Assembly: GCA_963743305.1 (NCBI GenBank)
Contig: CAVUPH010000020.1
Coordinates: 1-64,000, forward strand
Source of the DNA: an uncultured delta proteobacterium
Lineage (GTDB): Bacteria > Desulfobacterota > RBG-13-43-22
Direction: 5' to 3'
Length of the DNA stretch: 64,000 nucleotides
Below the pieces are notes generated by a model. It was not told the origin of the DNA and did no database searches. It was given only the letters and a program-made list of their open reading frames with translations. Shown here piece after piece: positions 60,350 to 64,000 of the stretch. The position numbers and the translations under genes were made by a program. Position 1 is the stretch's first letter. Each line of letters starts with the position of its first letter.

Positions 60350-61492
60350 TTAATACCCCCGCTGGCTGACTTTTTCCAGATCGGCCCGGGCCATCATCCG
60401 GGCCAAATGGTCGAATTTTACCTTGGCCTCCCAGCCCAGTTTATCCTTGGCTTTGGCCGGATCGCCAATCAGAATATCCACTTCAGTAGGGCGATAATAG
60501 ACCGGATCAATCCGCAACAGGACCGAACCAACCTCCGGCGGTTGGGCCTGTTCCAAGGGGATCGCCGGTTCCCGATGCCCGTTGGGACCGTTCGGCCGGC
60601 TGTCCCGTTCGGCCTCCAGGAACACCGAACTAATTCCCGCCAGGATCCCCACTTCGTCGACCCCTGAGCCCCGCCATTCAATCTCCAGGCCGACGGTCCG
60701 GAAGGCCGCCTCGACGAACTCCCGGACCGAATGGGTTTCTCCGGTGGCAATGACAAAGTCATCGGGCTGGTCCTGCTGAAGCATCCGCCACATGGCTTCC
60801 ACATATTCCGGGGCGTACCCCCAGTCCCGCTTGGCTGCCAGGTTGCCTAAGGTCATCTCCTTCTGGACACCCAACCGGATCCGGGCCGCGGCTCGAGTGA
60901 TCTTACGGGTCACGAAGGTTTCCCCCCGGCGAGGGGATTCATGGTTGAAGAGGATGCCATTACAGGCATAAAGGTTATAAGCCTCCCGGTAGTTGACCAC
61001 AATCCAGAAGCCATAAATCTTGGCGACTCCATAAGGGGAGCGGGGATAGAATGGAGTGGATTCGTTCTGGGGGATTTCCCGGACCTTCCCGTAGAGTTCG
61101 CTGGTGGAGGCCTGGTAAAATCGGGTCTTGATGCCCGTGTTCTTGATGGCATCCAGAAAACGGAGTGTTCCGATGGCGTCCACCTCGGCCGTGTACTCCG
61201 GGACCTCAAAAGAAACCCGGACATGGCTTTGGGCGGCCAGGTTATAAATCTCATCGGGTTGGACTCGTTCCAGTATCCGGTTCAGGTTGCTGGAATCGGT
61301 CAGGTCCCCGTAATGGGTGATAAAGGTTTTGTCGAAGATACCGGCATCACCGTACAGATGGTCGATGCGGGCGGTGTTGAAGGAACTGCTGCGGCGCAGG
61401 ATGCCATGAACTTCGTAGCCTTTTTCCAGTAATAGCTCGGTTAAGTAGGATCCGTCCTGCCCGGTGACCCCGGTAATTAAAGCGCGTTTCAT
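60350..61492 (-). CDS. gmd: GDP-mannose 4,6-dehydratase
   Basis: [58 protein letters not shown]. Confidence 0.96.
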   Translation of the reverse strand: MKRALITGVTGQDGSYLTELLLEKGYEVHGILRRSSSFNTARIDHLYGDAGIFDKTFITHYGDLTDSSNLNRILERVQPDEIYNLAAQSHVRVSFEVPEYTAEVDAIGTLRFLDAIKNTGIKTRFYQASTSELYGKVREIPQNESTPFYPRSPYGVAKIYGFWIVVNYREAYNLYACNGILFNHESPRRGETFVTRKITRAAARIRLGVQKEMTLGNLAAKRDWGYAPEYVEAMWRMLQQDQPDDFVIATGETHSVREFVEAAFRTVGLEIEWRGSGVDEVGILAGISSVFLEAERDSRPNGPNGHREPAIPLEQAQPPEVGSVLLRIDPVYYRPTEVDILIGDPAKAKDKLGWEAKVKFDHLARMMARADLEKVSQRGY

Positions 61493-61534
61493 AGGTTTAT
61501 TTTTCTTTCTCTGTTCTAATAATTATTTGAAGCT

Positions 61535-61837
61535 TCGCCCTCTTGGGTAGGTCCTATATCTGGTCTGGCCGCCGGGTCTGGGCGAAAGGGTTTTCCAAAG
61601 GTACTCCGGATTTCTTATCCGGGCCTAACTTATTAATTTTATATAAAACAGGCCCAAACTCCGAGACCTTTAACCCCCCTTGAGCCGGCCCTGCCTCCGA
61701 GAAGATTTGGTAACCCGGACCCGGGTTAGAACCGATAAGGCCATGTGGAAAACCCTTTCGCCCAGACCCGGCGGCCAAGAGGAGTCGATTTCTGCCTAAG
61801 ATACCGTATCTGGGTCCACCCACCCAAAAGGGCGAAC
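61535..61837. repeat. ~300 bp nested inverted-repeat element
   Basis: Perfect 32 bp IR 61566-61597 / 61746-61777 plus outer imperfect IR TTCGCCCTCTTGGGT / ACCCAAAAGGGCGAA. Confidence 0.8.
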
Positions 61838-61996
61838 AACCTATTATTTATTTGGCCTTCGGCGAGAATCCGGTTAAAGTGAATCTAACCCACCTCCGGA
61901 AAAAAATCAACTTGGAATCTCGGCCAAAAGAAAATATGATTAAGACTGACTGATGAAACCAGTTAAAAACAAAATGACACTTGAGGACCAGATCCC

Positions 61997-63706
61997 ATGA
62001 AAGAAAACCCTGCAGAACCGGGAACGGATTTCATCCGTTCCATCATTAACGATGATTTGGAAACCCATAAATACGGCGGCCGGGTTCATACCCGTTTCCC
62101 GCCTGAACCCAACGGCTACCTCCACATCGGCCACGCCAAGTCAATTTGTATCAATTTCGGCATCGCGGCCGACTATCGGGGCCTCTGCAACCTTCGCTTC
62201 GACGATACCAATCCGAGTAAGGAGGAGGTGGAATATGTGGAATCCATTCAGGAAGATGTGCGCTGGCTGGGTTTCGGCTGGGATGAGCGCCTCTATTACG
62301 CCTCCGATTATTTTGAACAACTCTACGATTTCGCCGTCCAACTTATAAAAAAGGGCAAGGCCTACGTTTGCGACCTGACCGCGGAAGAGGTCAGGCGATA
62401 CCGGGGGACCCTGACCGAACACGGAAAGGACAGTCCTTTTCGAGACCGTTCGGTCGAGGAAAACCTGGACCTCTTCGCCCGGATGCGGGCCGGGGAATTC
62501 CCCGACGGGTCCCGGACCCTGCGGGCGAAAATTGACATGGCCTCTCCCAATTTAAATCTGCGCGACCCGGTAATGTACCGGATCATGCACGCCGAGCACC
62601 ATCGCACCGGCCCAAAGTGGTGCCTCTATCCCATGTACGATTTCACCCACGGCCTCTGCGATTCCCTGGAAAAGATCACCCATTCCATTTGCACCCTGGA
62701 GTTTGAAGACCATCGGCCGCTTTACGACTGGTTTCTGGATGAACTGGAGATTTATCATCCCCAGCAGATCGAATTCGCCCGTCTGAACCTCAGCTACACG
62801 GTGATGAGCAAGCGAAAGCTCCTGCAACTGGTGGAGGAGGGTTTGGTCAGCGGCTGGGATGACCCCCGGATGCCGACCCTTTCCGGCCTGCGCCGTCGGG
62901 GGTACACCCCGGAGGCGATTCGAGATTTTTGCAACCGCATCGGGGTGGCCCGGCGAGACAGCCTGGTGGACGTGGCCCTGTTGGAACACTGTTTGCGGGA
63001 AGATCTGAATAAAAGGGCCCCCCGGGTCATGGCCGTGCTGCGGCCCCTCAAGGTGGTGCTGACCAATTATCCGGAAAACCGGGTGGAGGAGTTGGAAGCC
63101 GTCAATAACCCCGAAGACCCGTCCATGGGGAACCGCAAAGTGCCTTTCTCTAAGGAGATCTATATCGAACGGGACGATTTCCGGGAAGACCCTCCCAAGC
63201 AGTTTTACCGCCTGGCCCCAGGCCGGGAAGTCCGTCTTCGTTACGCCTATTTTATCACCTGCCAGGAGGTGGTGCGTGATGAGAAAACAGGAGAGGTAAT
63301 CGAGTTGCGCTGCACCTACGATCCAGCCACCCGGGGCGGGGACGCGCCCGATGGCCGCAAGGTGAAGGCCACCCTGCATTGGGTTTCGGCCTCCCAGGCT
63401 TTCCAGGCGGAAGTGCGGCTCTATGATCGCCTCTTCCTCAAGCCGAACCCTGGAGAAGCGAAAGAGGGGGGCGATTTCAAGGCTTCCCTGAACCCGCAAT
63501 CGCTGGAGGTTTTAGACTCCTGCTGGGTTGAGCCCGAGTTACAAGGAGCCCAAACAGGAAATCACTACCAGTTTGAAAGGCTGGGGTACTTCTGCCTGGA
63601 CGGACGGGATTCCACTCCGGGGAAACCGGTGTTTAACCGCACGGCCACCCTGAGGGATACCTGGGCCAGGATAGAAGAGAAACAGAAGAAGGGCGGCGGA
63701 AAATAA
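61997..63706 (+). CDS. glnS: Glutamine--tRNA ligase
   Basis: [47 protein letters not shown]. Confidence 0.97.
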   Translation: MKENPAEPGTDFIRSIINDDLETHKYGGRVHTRFPPEPNGYLHIGHAKSICINFGIAADYRGLCNLRFDDTNPSKEEVEYVESIQEDVRWLGFGWDERLYYASDYFEQLYDFAVQLIKKGKAYVCDLTAEEVRRYRGTLTEHGKDSPFRDRSVEENLDLFARMRAGEFPDGSRTLRAKIDMASPNLNLRDPVMYRIMHAEHHRTGPKWCLYPMYDFTHGLCDSLEKITHSICTLEFEDHRPLYDWFLDELEIYHPQQIEFARLNLSYTVMSKRKLLQLVEEGLVSGWDDPRMPTLSGLRRRGYTPEAIRDFCNRIGVARRDSLVDVALLEHCLREDLNKRAPRVMAVLRPLKVVLTNYPENRVEELEAVNNPEDPSMGNRKVPFSKEIYIERDDFREDPPKQFYRLAPGREVRLRYAYFITCQEVVRDEKTGEVIELRCTYDPATRGGDAPDGRKVKATLHWVSASQAFQAEVRLYDRLFLKPNPGEAKEGGDFKASLNPQSLEVLDSCWVEPELQGAQTGNHYQFERLGYFCLDGRDSTPGKPVFNRTATLRDTWARIEEKQKKGGGK

Positions 63707-63906
63707 CCTTTCGAGCCTCTCTCAAACGCGGAGGCTAAAGCCTCCCCTGCCCGGGATCTTCATGTTTCGTAGGTGGCCGCAGGCGGCCATGGGGGTTTAG
63801 GACGAAAACAGAACCCGGCGCCACTCAGGCATTCATCAATAATTAATAATTAACAATTGATTATTAATTATTAATGTCAAAAACTTAGGCCTATGTCTGC
63901 CCCTTA

Positions 63907-63945
63907 TTTTCATGCTTCGGGGTGCCCGTCCCTAGCATGGGGGTG
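63907..63945 (-). repeat. Copy of CCCCCATG..GGACGGGCACCCCGAAGCATGAAAA repeat
   Basis: Reverse complement matches the 15721 and 15838 copies. Confidence 0.75.
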
Positions 63946-64000
63946 CTTAATACGGAAATAGCTTTCCAATCTCACCAGCGCGAAGGCCTTCCCCCTTAGG

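Noticed and set aside
61535-61837. RNase P, SRP, tmRNA or 6S RNA
   Set aside because: Could not find the conserved signature sequences of these RNAs; a perfect long IR fits a DNA element better.

Overview
Bacterial genomic window, most consistent with a Desulfobacterota (deltaproteobacterial) chromosome; this is inferred from gene content and order (lpxC-DUF4390-ntrY-ntrX-nadK, miaB-DUF151, UPF0182, glnS). Several genes, including pgm, are split by single-base indels, suggesting long-read/MAG assembly errors. Left end: a defence island next to purB, with a RelE-type TA pair, type III R-M mod and res, and the start of a PHP-domain (TrlF/Ppl-like) gene. Middle: metabolic genes, a small MarR/UbiG-like islet, and a large envelope-glycosylation region (nucleotidyltransferase-GT2 fusion, GT-C proteins with PA14/discoidin domains, YfhO, GT2, YdjC). 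Right: mltA, sigma54-driven lpxC with ntrYX, miaB, GT4/GT2 genes, two GMD paralogs and glnS. The best hidden signal is a secreted DUF1573 (Ig-like) gene split by an in-frame TGA exactly at the family's CGC motif (U-G-C) and followed by a perfect SECIS-like hairpin, i.e. a likely unannotated selenoprotein inside a polysaccharide operon. Intergenic DNA carries many distinct, partly nested palindromic repeat families. No rRNA, tRNA or CRISPR array was seen.
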